Source: a virus | Taxonomy: Duplodnaviria > Caudoviricetes | IMG/VR virus record: IMGVR_UViG_3300017766_000361 | Location: 1 to 55,454 of that record | Length of the DNA: 55,454 bases | Strand: one strand, 5' to 3' | Shown here: in pieces, positions 1 to 8,243 of the stretch | Layout of the letters: each line of letters begins with the position of its first letter | Numbering within the stretch: position 1 is the first letter of the stretch | Notes under the pieces: generated by a model | What the model saw: the letters and a program-made list of their open reading frames with translations, nothing else | Told to the model about the DNA's origin: nothing | Database searches by the model: none | Position numbers and translations under genes: made by a program

Positions 1-60
1 GAAGCGTTCCAACCGTCGAAGGCGACTATGACGCCTGCCACGGCCCTTTGCCTAACTTAA

Positions 61-516
61 TTAGGCGATACGAAGGATCGCGGTCGTCGAAGTCGCAGCC
101 GGGAACTGGATGGTGAAGTTACCAGCGGTCGAGGTCTTATCCCCGCCAAACGCCAGAACCGCAACAGCCTTGTTACCCTGAGTCGCGTTGTAGATCAATG
201 CACCGTTGGAAGTCAGCGTAGCACTGTCCCAAGTGATGTCATCGAAGTCGAGCCACGCAGTCGTGCTCGTGAAGGTCGGAGCCTGCGAGATCGTCAAGGT
301 CTTGCCGCCAGCCACGTAGTTCGTGCCAGACGAGGACACCTCATTGGAAGTCGTATACGCCGTTGTGGCCGCATCCAACGAAGCCGAAGAGGTGTACAAG
401 GCAATCTTGAAGACATCCGCAGCCGTCGAAGCGCGAATTACGCCTGTGCCAAAGTTGTGAATGCCGTCAAGGATTTCAACCTTGAACGAAGTCACCATAG
501 CCTGTGTGATAGCCAT
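61..516 (-). CDS. Putative virion structural (tail/fibre-associated) protein
   Basis: 151 aa, Thr/Ala/Ser-rich, beta-strand-like; lies in the late operon after the adaptor genes. Confidence 0.6.
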   Translation of the reverse strand: MAITQAMVTSFKVEILDGIHNFGTGVIRASTAADVFKIALYTSSASLDAATTAYTTSNEVSSSGTNYVAGGKTLTISQAPTFTSTTAWLDFDDITWDSATLTSNGALIYNATQGNKAVAVLAFGGDKTSTAGNFTIQFPAATSTTAILRIA

Positions 517-518
517 TC

Positions 519-764
519 TTAATCTCCAAGACGCGAAGCCGCGTCACTGAAACCATTTTCGTTCAAATACCGTCGCACATTCATCCTTTCAGACTCCTGC
601 GCTTCTTGCAGGTACTTTACCAGCACCCGGTTTAGTTCTTCCTGCGTTTGTATACGAAGGATGCGGGCTGTCGCCCGTTCAGCAATCTCTTCCGGGGTAT
701 AACCCCGGTTGCTCGTTGTCTGGACAAACACATTACCCAGACTCATGTCGCCCGCAAAACTCAT
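519..764 (-). CDS. Hypothetical phage protein
   Basis: 81 aa; 4-bp overlap with the upstream gene. Confidence 0.6.
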   Translation of the reverse strand: MSFAGDMSLGNVFVQTTSNRGYTPEEIAERATARILRIQTQEELNRVLVKYLQEAQESERMNVRRYLNENGFSDAASRLGD

Positions 765-1399
765 GTCACTTGCACCCTAACCTGACCAGAACGATACGCA
801 TCCTGACGATCCAGACCGTCACCCAGACGCTTCAACTGCGCTACGGCTTCCTGATACTTCTGGTCGTAATACTGCATCATGTCCTGTTCGCCCTTGAGGT
901 AGGTGTACGCCTCACGGAGCGAGCCATAGAGCAGCACTGTCTCAAAATTATCCCCGACCCATGACGTACCTGCCGTCACGATTGAAGCCGGGTAATAGTA
1001 GTAGTGCAGTTCAGCCGTGTACGCGAGATCCGGGGTCGGCCCAAGAATCATGCTGGCGTTGTTCCAAATCGCGTAATACTTAGGCTTACCCGTGCTATTG
1101 GGTGGCGGGTACGAAGCGCGGATGAAGTTCACATCCTTGTTGAGCAGATACTCGTAGTCGCCCGTAGTAGGGTCAATCACCGCCAACGAGAACGTTGAGA
1201 GCCAGTCCGAAGGCAACTGGAAGTACTGTAAGTTAATGGTCATCGTCCCAGTCACGTTCTTGCGAATAGCAGGAATCTGAACGGAGTTATAGATCCGCTC
1301 TTCAGCCAACTGCACGAACGTTGGGATATTGGAGACGAACGAAGACTCTGTGCTCTCACAGTAATCTTGGATCAACGTCACCAATGCCGAATAGTTCAC
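761..1399 (-). CDS. Putative head-tail adaptor / tail tubular protein
   Basis: 212 aa; F..LAE.RI, G.PKYYA, GPTPD..Y..ELHYY and LLYGSL.EAY motifs typical of podophage adaptor proteins. Confidence 0.6.
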   Translation of the reverse strand: MNYSALVTLIQDYCESTESSFVSNIPTFVQLAEERIYNSVQIPAIRKNVTGTMTINLQYFQLPSDWLSTFSLAVIDPTTGDYEYLLNKDVNFIRASYPPPNSTGKPKYYAIWNNASMILGPTPDLAYTAELHYYYYPASIVTAGTSWVGDNFETVLLYGSLREAYTYLKGEQDMMQYYDQKYQEAVAQLKRLGDGLDRQDAYRSGQVRVQVT

Positions 1400-1587
1400 G
1401 GCGACCAGCCCGACCTGTACTTCATGTTGGTTTCAAGGTTGATCTGCGAGACGAACTTAGTGCCCTTCGTCGCAGCACCGGCACCCTTCATCTTCATGTG
1501 GGTGACGCCCTTGTTCACATCCTTCTCAGGGTAGCCATTGCGACCCGTTGAATCAGTGTTGGGCTTGATCTTGTTCATGTTGTTCAT
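1396..1587 (-). CDS. Small basic hypothetical protein
   Basis: 63 aa; MKGAGAATKG motif; overlaps the next gene. Confidence 0.6.
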   Translation of the reverse strand: MNNMNKIKPNTDSTGRNGYPEKDVNKGVTHMKMKGAGAATKGTKFVSQINLETNMKYRSGWSP

Positions 1588-1592
1588 AAGGC

Positions 1593-1775
1593 TTACCTCG
1601 GGCCGCTGGAGCCACGCATCGGGCTGCGCTGGTTCATCACCTTCGCCATGCCACGACCGTACTTCTTCATGTCGGTGTTGGTCTTGCCGCCAGCACGCAT
1701 CTTCTTCGTACCATGCATGGCACGCTCGTGCTTGCCGACTTCTTCTCGCGCAATCTTACGCATACCATTCTTCAT
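1593..1775 (-). CDS. Small basic hypothetical protein
   Basis: 60 aa, K/R/M/G-rich, contains MRAGG. Confidence 0.6.
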   Translation of the reverse strand: MKNGMRKIAREEVGKHERAMHGTKKMRAGGKTNTDMKKYGRGMAKVMNQRSPMRGSSGPR

Positions 1776-2308
1776 AACTGTGTATCTCCAAAATAGTTCC
1801 GTTTGATCTTGTTAACACTTTCTGGGATGACCTGCAAATTTAATGGCACGTGCAATCCAGAAACTGTTTTGCCTCGCAAAGGAACAATATGGTCTACATG
1901 CCATTCGATTCCCGTGCATTTGGTTCTGAGTTTGGCTAAATCATATATTTCTGAAATTATCCATTTATCTTCATAACTTAACCAAAACGGTATACGTTGT
2001 GCTTTAGCGCACTGCCGAATACGTGACCAATGGTTAACTTTTGCTAAATTGTTCTTCCTATAAATACTTGAAGCCAATTTAGCCTCGTTTGCATTTTTAG
2101 CGTATTCAGCCTTTCTGTATGTCCGTTTACGTTCGACGTTTTGTTCTCTCCACTCACGGGTTTTTGCCCGTGCATAGTCTCTATTACGTGCATACCAAGC
2201 AGTTTTTACCCCGTGCTTATACACACTTCTACAGGGTTTGCACTGCCGTCTCTGGCTTTCAAACGCCACTTCAGGTTCAGATTTTCCACAAACCCTACAA
2301 ATTTTCAT
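1772..2308 (-). CDS. HNH homing endonuclease (free-standing)
   Basis: N-terminal CxxC..CxxC; C-terminal HVDHIVPL..GLH..NLQVIP...N; visibly more AT-rich than its flanks. Confidence 0.85.
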   Translation of the reverse strand: MKICRVCGKSEPEVAFESQRRQCKPCRSVYKHGVKTAWYARNRDYARAKTREWREQNVERKRTYRKAEYAKNANEAKLASSIYRKNNLAKVNHWSRIRQCAKAQRIPFWLSYEDKWIISEIYDLAKLRTKCTGIEWHVDHIVPLRGKTVSGLHVPLNLQVIPESVNKIKRNYFGDTQL

Positions 2309-2682
2309 GTCGTTACTACTGTCACTGTCCCCACTTCACCGGCTGGTGCCAGCGGATTAGGTGTTAAGTCTGCATCAAACGAACTAGATCCGCCAACCGG
2401 GTTCCACCCCCAGAAAATCATTCTACTACCGCCTGCGCCGTTGTTGCCTTCTTCAAAGTAACTCAGGTCAGGTCTTGGGTTCCTAAGCGCCTGCGGGTCG
2501 TCCACCGGGTAGAGGCCCAGCGACAACTGCGGCTGATCAGGCTCCCAGCACTCCGGGCAGACCAAGATGTTTACGTTCTTGGTCTTGATCACCAAAGACT
2601 TCAACTGACGAAGTTTGTACCGGAAACCACACCGGTCGCACTCCGCAATAGCATGTTTGCCACTTGCAAACCGATTTGGCAT
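2305..2682 (-). CDS. Zinc-ribbon hypothetical protein
   Basis: 125 aa; CDRC...CPEC. Confidence 0.7.
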   Translation of the reverse strand: MPNRFASGKHAIAECDRCGFRYKLRQLKSLVIKTKNVNILVCPECWEPDQPQLSLGLYPVDDPQALRNPRPDLSYFEEGNNGAGGSRMIFWGWNPVGGSSSFDADLTPNPLAPAGEVGTVTVVTT

Positions 2683-3407
2683 CAGTAGCCACCCAAGAAA
2701 CTCTCACGCGGCACGAACCGCACCGCTGCCTTTTCCCGATCTTCCCCTGCCGCCAAGTCCCAAGCCTCGTCGTACTGGGCTTTCAGGATCTGTGTGCGGG
2801 CATCTGCACCCGGAATCTTCATGGAGAGCATGTAGGCCAACCCCGCTACCAAGCAGGGCATAAACCGGAACGGGATATCCTGACCGTTAGAACCCACACC
2901 GGGGTCAAACATCCGCACAAGGCGCGTGTAGACGAGCGTCCAAGTGGTCGTGTTATCAGGCTTCGGCCATACCGTGTACTGCGGGTACACGATGACGTTA
3001 TCAGCACCCGTGGCTCCAGTACGCCGGTTGATCCAGATCTGGATGGGGCGACCCGTCGCATTCTTGTTCGGGATGGAAAGATACGTGCTGGAGGAGATAC
3101 GCGAGATGTTGATGTCCTGTTGGTTCGTTCCCGTGCCTGTGCGGATCACATGGTCAAGCAGGTCAACCGTATCGACAGGAAGGTCATACGTGCCTTGGTT
3201 GTAGGTTAGGGTCTGCGTACCCGTCTCAAGCGTCCAAAGGTTAATACCCCGGTTCGCCCAGTCCATGAACAACAAGGCAAGGCTACGCTTGGACGTACGG
3301 AAGTCATAACCCGTACGCAACTCAGCCCCACAACGCTCAAAAGCCTCCTCAATGATCGTATTAAGATCAAGGTTGAAGTCGGTTGTGGCTGTAGTTTTGT
3401 CGGCCAT
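2682..3407 (-). CDS. Putative head completion / adaptor protein
   Basis: 241 aa; IEEAFERCG, WANRGINLW, G.P motif; located after the capsid cluster. Confidence 0.6.
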   Translation of the reverse strand: MADKTTATTDFNLDLNTIIEEAFERCGAELRTGYDFRTSKRSLALLFMDWANRGINLWTLETGTQTLTYNQGTYDLPVDTVDLLDHVIRTGTGTNQQDINISRISSSTYLSIPNKNATGRPIQIWINRRTGATGADNVIVYPQYTVWPKPDNTTTWTLVYTRLVRMFDPGVGSNGQDIPFRFMPCLVAGLAYMLSMKIPGADARTQILKAQYDEAWDLAAGEDREKAAVRFVPRESFLGGY

Positions 3408-3653
3408 TTACATCCCTCGCCGTCTGTACGGCTTCACTTTTTCTTTAACACCCTTGGGCTGCGCGACGAACTGCTTACCTTGGGCTTTCCCTTTACGCTT
3501 GGCGGCGGAGGTTCGGGCATACTCAGAAGGGCTGAGAGCCTTGATCGCAGCCTCTGGAAGATACCTTTCACCCGTGTCAGAAGATCGTTTACCACTTTTC
3601 GTTCTCCACTTCTGCTGTGTCCAAGCCTTGAGCGATTGCTGCGGGGCTTTCAT
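3408..3653 (-). CDS. Small basic protein resembling the C-terminal half of DUF5872-like proteins
   Basis: SLKAWTQQKWRTKSG...ERYLP..A...LS..EY motif. Confidence 0.6.
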   Translation of the reverse strand: MKAPQQSLKAWTQQKWRTKSGKRSSDTGERYLPEAAIKALSPSEYARTSAAKRKGKAQGKQFVAQPKGVKEKVKPYRRRGM

Positions 3654-3949
3654 GACTTATACCCGCCGCCCTTTTCCTTGTACCGCTTAGCCAACAACTG
3701 TGCCTTGCGGGCACTCCATTGCCCTGCTGCAGTACCCTGCGTGGCTGAAGCCTTGATTGACTCAAAGAGGCTCTTTCGCATACCGGGCTTGGTGTAGTTA
3801 CCCGCCTGATTGACCTTGCTCTTTACCTTACCGCCCTCGGCATGGCGGATCGGCTTCCCAGTACCCTCAACGGGCTTGTCGTCCCCACGCCGCTTGGCGC
3901 GAGGGACTTTCCTAGGAGCGATCACACCCATGCCACGGGAAGGCATCAT
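3650..3949 (-). CDS. Small basic protein, DUF5872-like
   Basis: NYTKP..R...GQWSARKAQLLA..Y...GGGY motif. Confidence 0.65.
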   Translation of the reverse strand: MMPSRGMGVIAPRKVPRAKRRGDDKPVEGTGKPIRHAEGGKVKSKVNQAGNYTKPGMRKSLFESIKASATQGTAAGQWSARKAQLLAKRYKEKGGGYKS

Positions 3950-4428
3950 CAGACAAATCGTCCCTTGGTCTTACCCTTTACAGCACAACCGTCAGCCCGC
4001 TTGGAAGCGGACGAAACAGAGCCGCCTTTGGCAAACCTTTTGAAGCCGTAACGTGGGCCAAACTTTGAGACATTACCGCCTCGTTTGAATACGCCACGGC
4101 CTTTCAGCACATCAGCGCGGGTAATCTTCCCGTCGCCCGTCAAGTCAGGCATACCGCCCTCACGGAACGGTCTAGTTTTAGCCCGCTCGTAGGCGTCTCT
4201 CATCTGCCGATCTTTTGCTGCCTGATCTTCATCCTTAACAGCCTGCTCCAACTTTGCATCGGACGAAGCAGCCTCACGAGCCGCAGCCTTGCGACGACGC
4301 TCAGCAGCCGCCGCTTCCTGCGCCCGAATCAGGGCTTCCTGCTGCCTCAAGAATTCCCGCCGTTCTGCACTATTTGGGGGAGGTACAGCCTCGCCCGTGC
4401 TTGCGGATTTACTTTTGGCAGCGGCCAT
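3949..4428 (-). CDS. Basic putative virion protein with xxGG motifs and an EF-hand-like loop
   Basis: ATG 4428 overlaps the upstream TAA; FREGG, FKRGG, FAKGG; DLTGDGKITRAD. Confidence 0.65.
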   Translation of the reverse strand: MAAAKSKSASTGEAVPPPNSAERREFLRQQEALIRAQEAAAAERRRKAAAREAASSDAKLEQAVKDEDQAAKDRQMRDAYERAKTRPFREGGMPDLTGDGKITRADVLKGRGVFKRGGNVSKFGPRYGFKRFAKGGSVSSASKRADGCAVKGKTKGRFV

Positions 4429-5198
4429 TAGCACTTACCGCCGTAAGCCATCTTGACCATCGTGCCCTTGGTCTTGCCCTTGCTGGCGATGCCGTCCGCA
4501 GCCTTGCGGAACACCGAACCGCCTTCACGCATCTTGACCATTGTGCCCTTGGTCTTGCCCTTGTGGGCCTTACCGTCAGCAGCCTTGCGGTAGGAGCCAG
4601 CCATGCCGCCCTTACGCATCATGGCCTGAGTACCACCGGCTGCGCCCATTCCGCTGACAGGCATGGCAGCACCACCGGAGGGAGCAGCGGGACGCGGAGC
4701 AGGAACAGCAGGTTTGCGTGCGGCGACAGCAGCGGCTCTGCGAGCAGCCTCTTTTGCATCAGAAGCCTGTCGATTAGCCGCAATCTTGGCGTCCAAAGAA
4801 GCACGCATTGCCGAAACTTTCGCATTAGGGGCGTTTCCTGCGTCACTGGCTTGTCTACTTGCAGCGGTGGCCGCGTCTGACTTGCTACGCATAGCAGCCA
4901 TACGGTCTGCATAACTCGCGCCACCCTCAGCAAACTTACGCATCTTCTTGCCTTCCATCTCAGCCTCTTCGTGCTTGATCATGGACTTCGGAGCGCCTTT
5001 CTTTTTCATGAACGACACTTCCTTACGCATCATCGACTTTGACTCTTTCATAGATCCTCCAGAACCGAATTTGCGGCCTTTGTCGGCCTTAACATAATCT
5101 CGACCCACAGATTGAGGGATGCCCAGACGTTTGGCTGCTTTGGGGTCGTTAGCAACCATTGCCATCAGATTATGCTGGGCTTTGGATTTACTCGGCAT
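4428..5198 (-). CDS. Basic Ala/Lys-rich putative internal head protein
   Basis: 256 aa; five xxGG motifs; duplicated ADG.A.KGKTKGTMVKM. Confidence 0.7.
   Translation of the reverse strand: MPSKSKAQHNLMAMVANDPKAAKRLGIPQSVGRDYVKADKGRKFGSGGSMKESKSMMRKEVSFMKKKGAPKSMIKHEEAEMEGKKMRKFAEGGASYADRMAAMRSKSDAATAASRQASDAGNAPNAKVSAMRASLDAKIAANRQASDAKEAARRAAAVAARKPAVPAPRPAAPSGGAAMPVSGMGAAGGTQAMMRKGGMAGSYRKAADGKAHKGKTKGTMVKMREGGSVFRKAADGIASKGKTKGTMVKMAYGGKC
4449..4590. repeat. Imperfect direct repeat, 81-bp period, encoding two RKAADG.A.KGKTKGTMVKM units
   Basis: catcttgaccat.gtgcccttggtcttgcccttg begins at 4449 and at 4530. Confidence 0.85.
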
Positions 5199-5199
5199 C

Positions 5200-5454
5200 T
5201 CAACAGTTCCAAGCCCTCAAGGACTTATTGATACGGCTGTTCGGATCGTTAGCCGTCTTGGCACTCGTCAGTTTCTTCTTCATACCCGACATACGGGCAC
5301 AGAACGACTTCTTACGGGCACCACCCTCGGGTTGAGGGCGCTTCAGACCCGGCTTACCCGGATTGGCTTTGTTGTAAGACGCCCTGCCTTTGGCGTTCAA
5401 GCCGCCAGCGGGGTTTTTGCCTTCCTTACGCTGCCAAGCCGGTGACTTAGCCAT
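5200..5454 (-). CDS. Small basic conserved phage protein (DUF6321-like)
   Basis: AWQRKEGKNP.GGLNAKGRASY...SFCARM.G...SRIN..LRAWNC. Confidence 0.65.
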   Translation of the reverse strand: MAKSPAWQRKEGKNPAGGLNAKGRASYNKANPGKPGLKRPQPEGGARKKSFCARMSGMKKKLTSAKTANDPNSRINKSLRAWNC

Positions 5455-5752
5455 AGATCACCATCGTTGAAACGACGGCTGACGGCACGATGTAGACGCT
5501 CGTTTGGAAGAGCAATCCTTCACCCGGCATCAGGATGTAATCTGGTGCAGTGGAACTACCCTTGGTATTCACCACAATTTTGGTCGGGCCACTAGCCCCG
5601 CCGTCACGGAACGTCACCGTACCTGCACCCGAATCAGGGACAATGTAGATCGCTTTGACGCGACTACGCCCGATAACGAGGCTATTCTGATCCAACAAAT
5701 CGCCAGCGTCCGTACGGACTTTACTGGCTAGAACATCTGTTTGCATACCCAT
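5447..5752 (-). CDS. Hypothetical virion protein
   Basis: 101 aa, beta-rich; GGAG RBS upstream. Confidence 0.65.
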   Translation of the reverse strand: MGMQTDVLASKVRTDAGDLLDQNSLVIGRSRVKAIYIVPDSGAGTVTFRDGGASGPTKIVVNTKGSSTAPDYILMPGEGLLFQTSVYIVPSAVVSTMVIYG

Positions 5753-5775
5753 TCTCCGTCTCCTGTAATGGATGA

Positions 5776-5793
5776 AGGGGGCTTACGCCCCCC
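5776..5793 (-). terminator. GC hairpin with a GUAA tetraloop; weak terminator or stabilising stem
   Basis: GGGGGC-GTAA-GCCCCC just after the stop at 5802, with a poor U tract. Confidence 0.4.
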
Positions 5794-5801
5794 ACGAAAT
5801 C

Positions 5802-6035
5802 TTACGGGACGAGACTGGCGTACAAACCGATGTAGAGCGTGGTGCTGCCGATAAGAACCGGGATGCGTCCGGCCTGAACCGACACCGTGCCCGAGACCGA
5901 ACCGGTCGTCAGTTTAGTGCTACCAATCGTCAGGGTCGTGCAGACCAGATTGGTGATCGTGGCAGAAGCGGAGTCGATAGCGCCGATAAAACCATTGTCG
6001 GAAGCCACCGGGCCGGAGAACGTAGTACGTGCCAT
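5802..6035 (-). CDS. Small putative capsid decoration / head fibre protein
   Basis: 77 aa starting MARTTFSGPV; first gene after the major capsid; GAGG RBS. Confidence 0.6.
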   Translation of the reverse strand: MARTTFSGPVASDNGFIGAIDSASATITNLVCTTLTIGSTKLTTGSVSGTVSVQAGRIPVLIGSTTLYIGLYASLVP

Positions 6036-6041
6036 TTCAAA

Positions 6042-6124
6042 TACCTCACATGCGAGTTGTGCTTACCAGTCTGCATGTCGTCAGTCGGGTCTGTCTGGTA
6101 AGCAAAATTTTTCCCGATAGACCC
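6042..6124 (-). ncRNA. Structured RNA element downstream of the Mu gpT-like capsid gene (candidate Mu-gpT-DE-type motif)
   Basis: Perfect 10-bp stem 6060-6069/6095-6104; loop segments complementary to 6048-6053 and 6119-6124; position matches what is described for Mu-gpT-DE. Confidence 0.55.
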
Positions 6125-6143
6125 TATATACGCCTAGAAACCT

Positions 6144-6172
6144 AAAAAGGAAAGGGGGGCCGAAGCCCCCCT
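6144..6172 (-). terminator. Rho-independent terminator after the major capsid gene
   Basis: GGGGGGC-TTCG-GCCCCCC followed by TTTCCTTTTT on the minus strand. Confidence 0.85.
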
Positions 6173-6183
6173 CCCCAGTCTCA

Positions 6184-7092
6184 TCAGGACGCGCCCGGCG
6201 AACCGAACATGCCCAGCGGATCAGACCATCCGAACGAATAACGCTCGCGGCTCTTATACCGCACGTTGCCCGTATCGAAGTCTCCATCCATGCTGTTTTG
6301 CAGCGGGGTACGAACGAAGTGCTTCATACCATTCGGAACGTCCGTGGTCAGGAACCAAGCGTTCGTGTCCGTCAGGTAGTGATTCACCGTGTAGCCACCG
6401 GGAATCGACCCCATCGCCTTGAGAGCGTTGATGTCGTTGTCCGCAGTTGCCACGCGGAGTTCCGTATCGAGGAGACGCTTGGCGGTAAACATCAACGCCG
6501 GGGGGACGATGAGTTTGCCGGGTTTCGCCGCGATCAGAAGTCCACGCTCGTCCGTCCAACCAGCAATCTGAATGACAGCCGCCTCAAGCGAAGTCTCGTT
6601 GAGGTCAGAAGCCGTCAGACGGTTGCTGTTGGTGCCACCCGAAACAAGCGGGTGATCCGCCGCGAACAGAGCCTTGCCGTCACCACCAACGTAGGACGAC
6701 GAGAACCCGTTGTTCAGGACAGATGCCGCCTTGACCTGCTTCGTGTACGCCATCGCTCGGGCGAGCGCCTTGGTGTATCGCTTGGACAGCGAATCGTACA
6801 GGTTGTCTTCAACCGCTTCTTCCGTGATGGAGAAGCCGAGAGCAATGGTCTCGTGGCTGTAGCGAGCAGTCCACGCTTCCTGTGCGTTGTCATACGCAAT
6901 CGCAGCGCCTTCCGACTTAACCGGAGCAGCACTGAAACCAGAAAGTTTGGTCTCCTCTTCAAAGGAACGCTCGGAGGTCTCAGTCTCGTAGATCTCCTTG
7001 TGCTCCTCGCCATAGGTCTTGTACTCAAGGCCGAACAGGGCGTTCAAACCCGGAAGGAGTTCCTTGAGCAGTTGTGCGCGTGAAATAGCCAT
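6184..7092 (-). CDS. Major capsid protein (Mu gpT-like, HK97 fold)
   Basis: 302 aa; MAISRAQLLKEL.PGLNALFG, LFA.DHP, LIVPP.L, DFDTGN.RYK.RERYSFGWSDP; strong RBS and terminator. Confidence 0.9.
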   Translation of the reverse strand: MAISRAQLLKELLPGLNALFGLEYKTYGEEHKEIYETETSERSFEEETKLSGFSAAPVKSEGAAIAYDNAQEAWTARYSHETIALGFSITEEAVEDNLYDSLSKRYTKALARAMAYTKQVKAASVLNNGFSSSYVGGDGKALFAADHPLVSGGTNSNRLTASDLNETSLEAAVIQIAGWTDERGLLIAAKPGKLIVPPALMFTAKRLLDTELRVATADNDINALKAMGSIPGGYTVNHYLTDTNAWFLTTDVPNGMKHFVRTPLQNSMDGDFDTGNVRYKSRERYSFGWSDPLGMFGSPGAS

Positions 7093-7109
7093 GTCTTAGA
7101 ACTCCCTTA

Positions 7110-7772
7110 TTAAACGCCGACGGGGCAGTTGTAAGCGTGACCACCAACAATCAACGAAACGCTCGTGAGGTACGGTGCATTGAACTTCACGATAACTTCG
7201 GGATAGTAGGTAGTGCCGCCAGAAACAAACGCCGTGTCTTCGACTACATCGACGATACGCATCGGCAGAGACCGGGTGGTCGCAACCGAAGACAGCAGGA
7301 GACCCCGCTGCGAGTCGTTCGTCGTCGTGTTCAGCGACTCGTCAACCAGTGCAACGTTGGCACCGATATCCTCGTACGTGAACCCGCTAGTGGTCGAAAC
7401 GTTCAGGGACGCCGAAACGCCCACAGCCTTGAACAGGGTGTTCGGATCATCAGCCACATACGCCGTAACGTACGTGCCGGACTTCACCGAAGTGCCCGAA
7501 ATCCAAGCCTGCGAGTAGGTCGGCTGACCCGTCACAGTGGACACGAACGAACAGCCCAAGAACACACCGGCAAAGCCAGCGGTCGGAGGCGTCGTCGTCG
7601 AAGTGGAGACAGAGATGGTGCCGCTTGAGGTCAACTCAACCGGATCGCCGTAGCCAATGCTCGCAGCACTGGACGCAATACGACGCTGGCGAGTGGCCCC
7701 GGCAAACACCTGCCCGCCGATCAGGTTGATCGGCTTCAAGCCATACGGCTTGTCAACAGTAGGATATGCCAT
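7110..7772 (-). CDS. Putative capsid cement / decoration protein
   Basis: 220 aa; PYGLKP, GVF.GC, V.DDP motifs; directly upstream of the capsid gene. Confidence 0.6.
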   Translation of the reverse strand: MAYPTVDKPYGLKPINLIGGQVFAGATRQRRIASSAASIGYGDPVELTSSGTISVSTSTTTPPTAGFAGVFLGCSFVSTVTGQPTYSQAWISGTSVKSGTYVTAYVADDPNTLFKAVGVSASLNVSTTSGFTYEDIGANVALVDESLNTTTNDSQRGLLLSSVATTRSLPMRIVDVVEDTAFVSGGTTYYPEVIVKFNAPYLTSVSLIVGGHAYNCPVGV

Positions 7773-7792
7773 TAGTTACTCCAAAAAAGAAG

Positions 7793-8242
7793 TTATTTGC
7801 CTTTGCCAAACGAGACCGTAGTCTTCTTCTCACTGAAGAGGGGCATACGCTCATCGTTCAGCCTCATAAAGTTGTTGTCCACAGACTGCAACTGAGCCTT
7901 TGCCTGCTGCGCGTAGTAATTATCACGCTGCTGCATTAGTTCAGCCGGAGCCTTACACAACAACAAACCACCGATCTCAATGTTGTCTTTGAAACGTCCA
8001 TTAGGATCGGCTTGCATCATCAATTTAGGCTGTTCAGAAGCCTTTACAGGCTCCCAACCTTCCCGAAACTTTGCAGACGTATTAGAGGGATCGGCCTGAC
8101 CCATAATACTAGTCCGTATCCAGCGGAAGACCCAACCATCTTGCGGCTCCGGTTCAGGGAGCGTCTGAGGGGGTTTCCAATCCATTTTGCGCTGTGCGGA
8201 TTCCCGATTTTCGAGTTCACGTGCAAGTCTATTCTCAGCCAT
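7793..8242 (-). CDS. Conserved head-cluster hypothetical protein
   Basis: 149 aa; FRWIR, REGWEPV, IGGLLLCK. Confidence 0.7.
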   Translation of the reverse strand: MAENRLARELENRESAQRKMDWKPPQTLPEPEPQDGWVFRWIRTSIMGQADPSNTSAKFREGWEPVKASEQPKLMMQADPNGRFKDNIEIGGLLLCKAPAELMQQRDNYYAQQAKAQLQSVDNNFMRLNDERMPLFSEKKTTVSFGKGK

Positions 8243-8243
8243 T

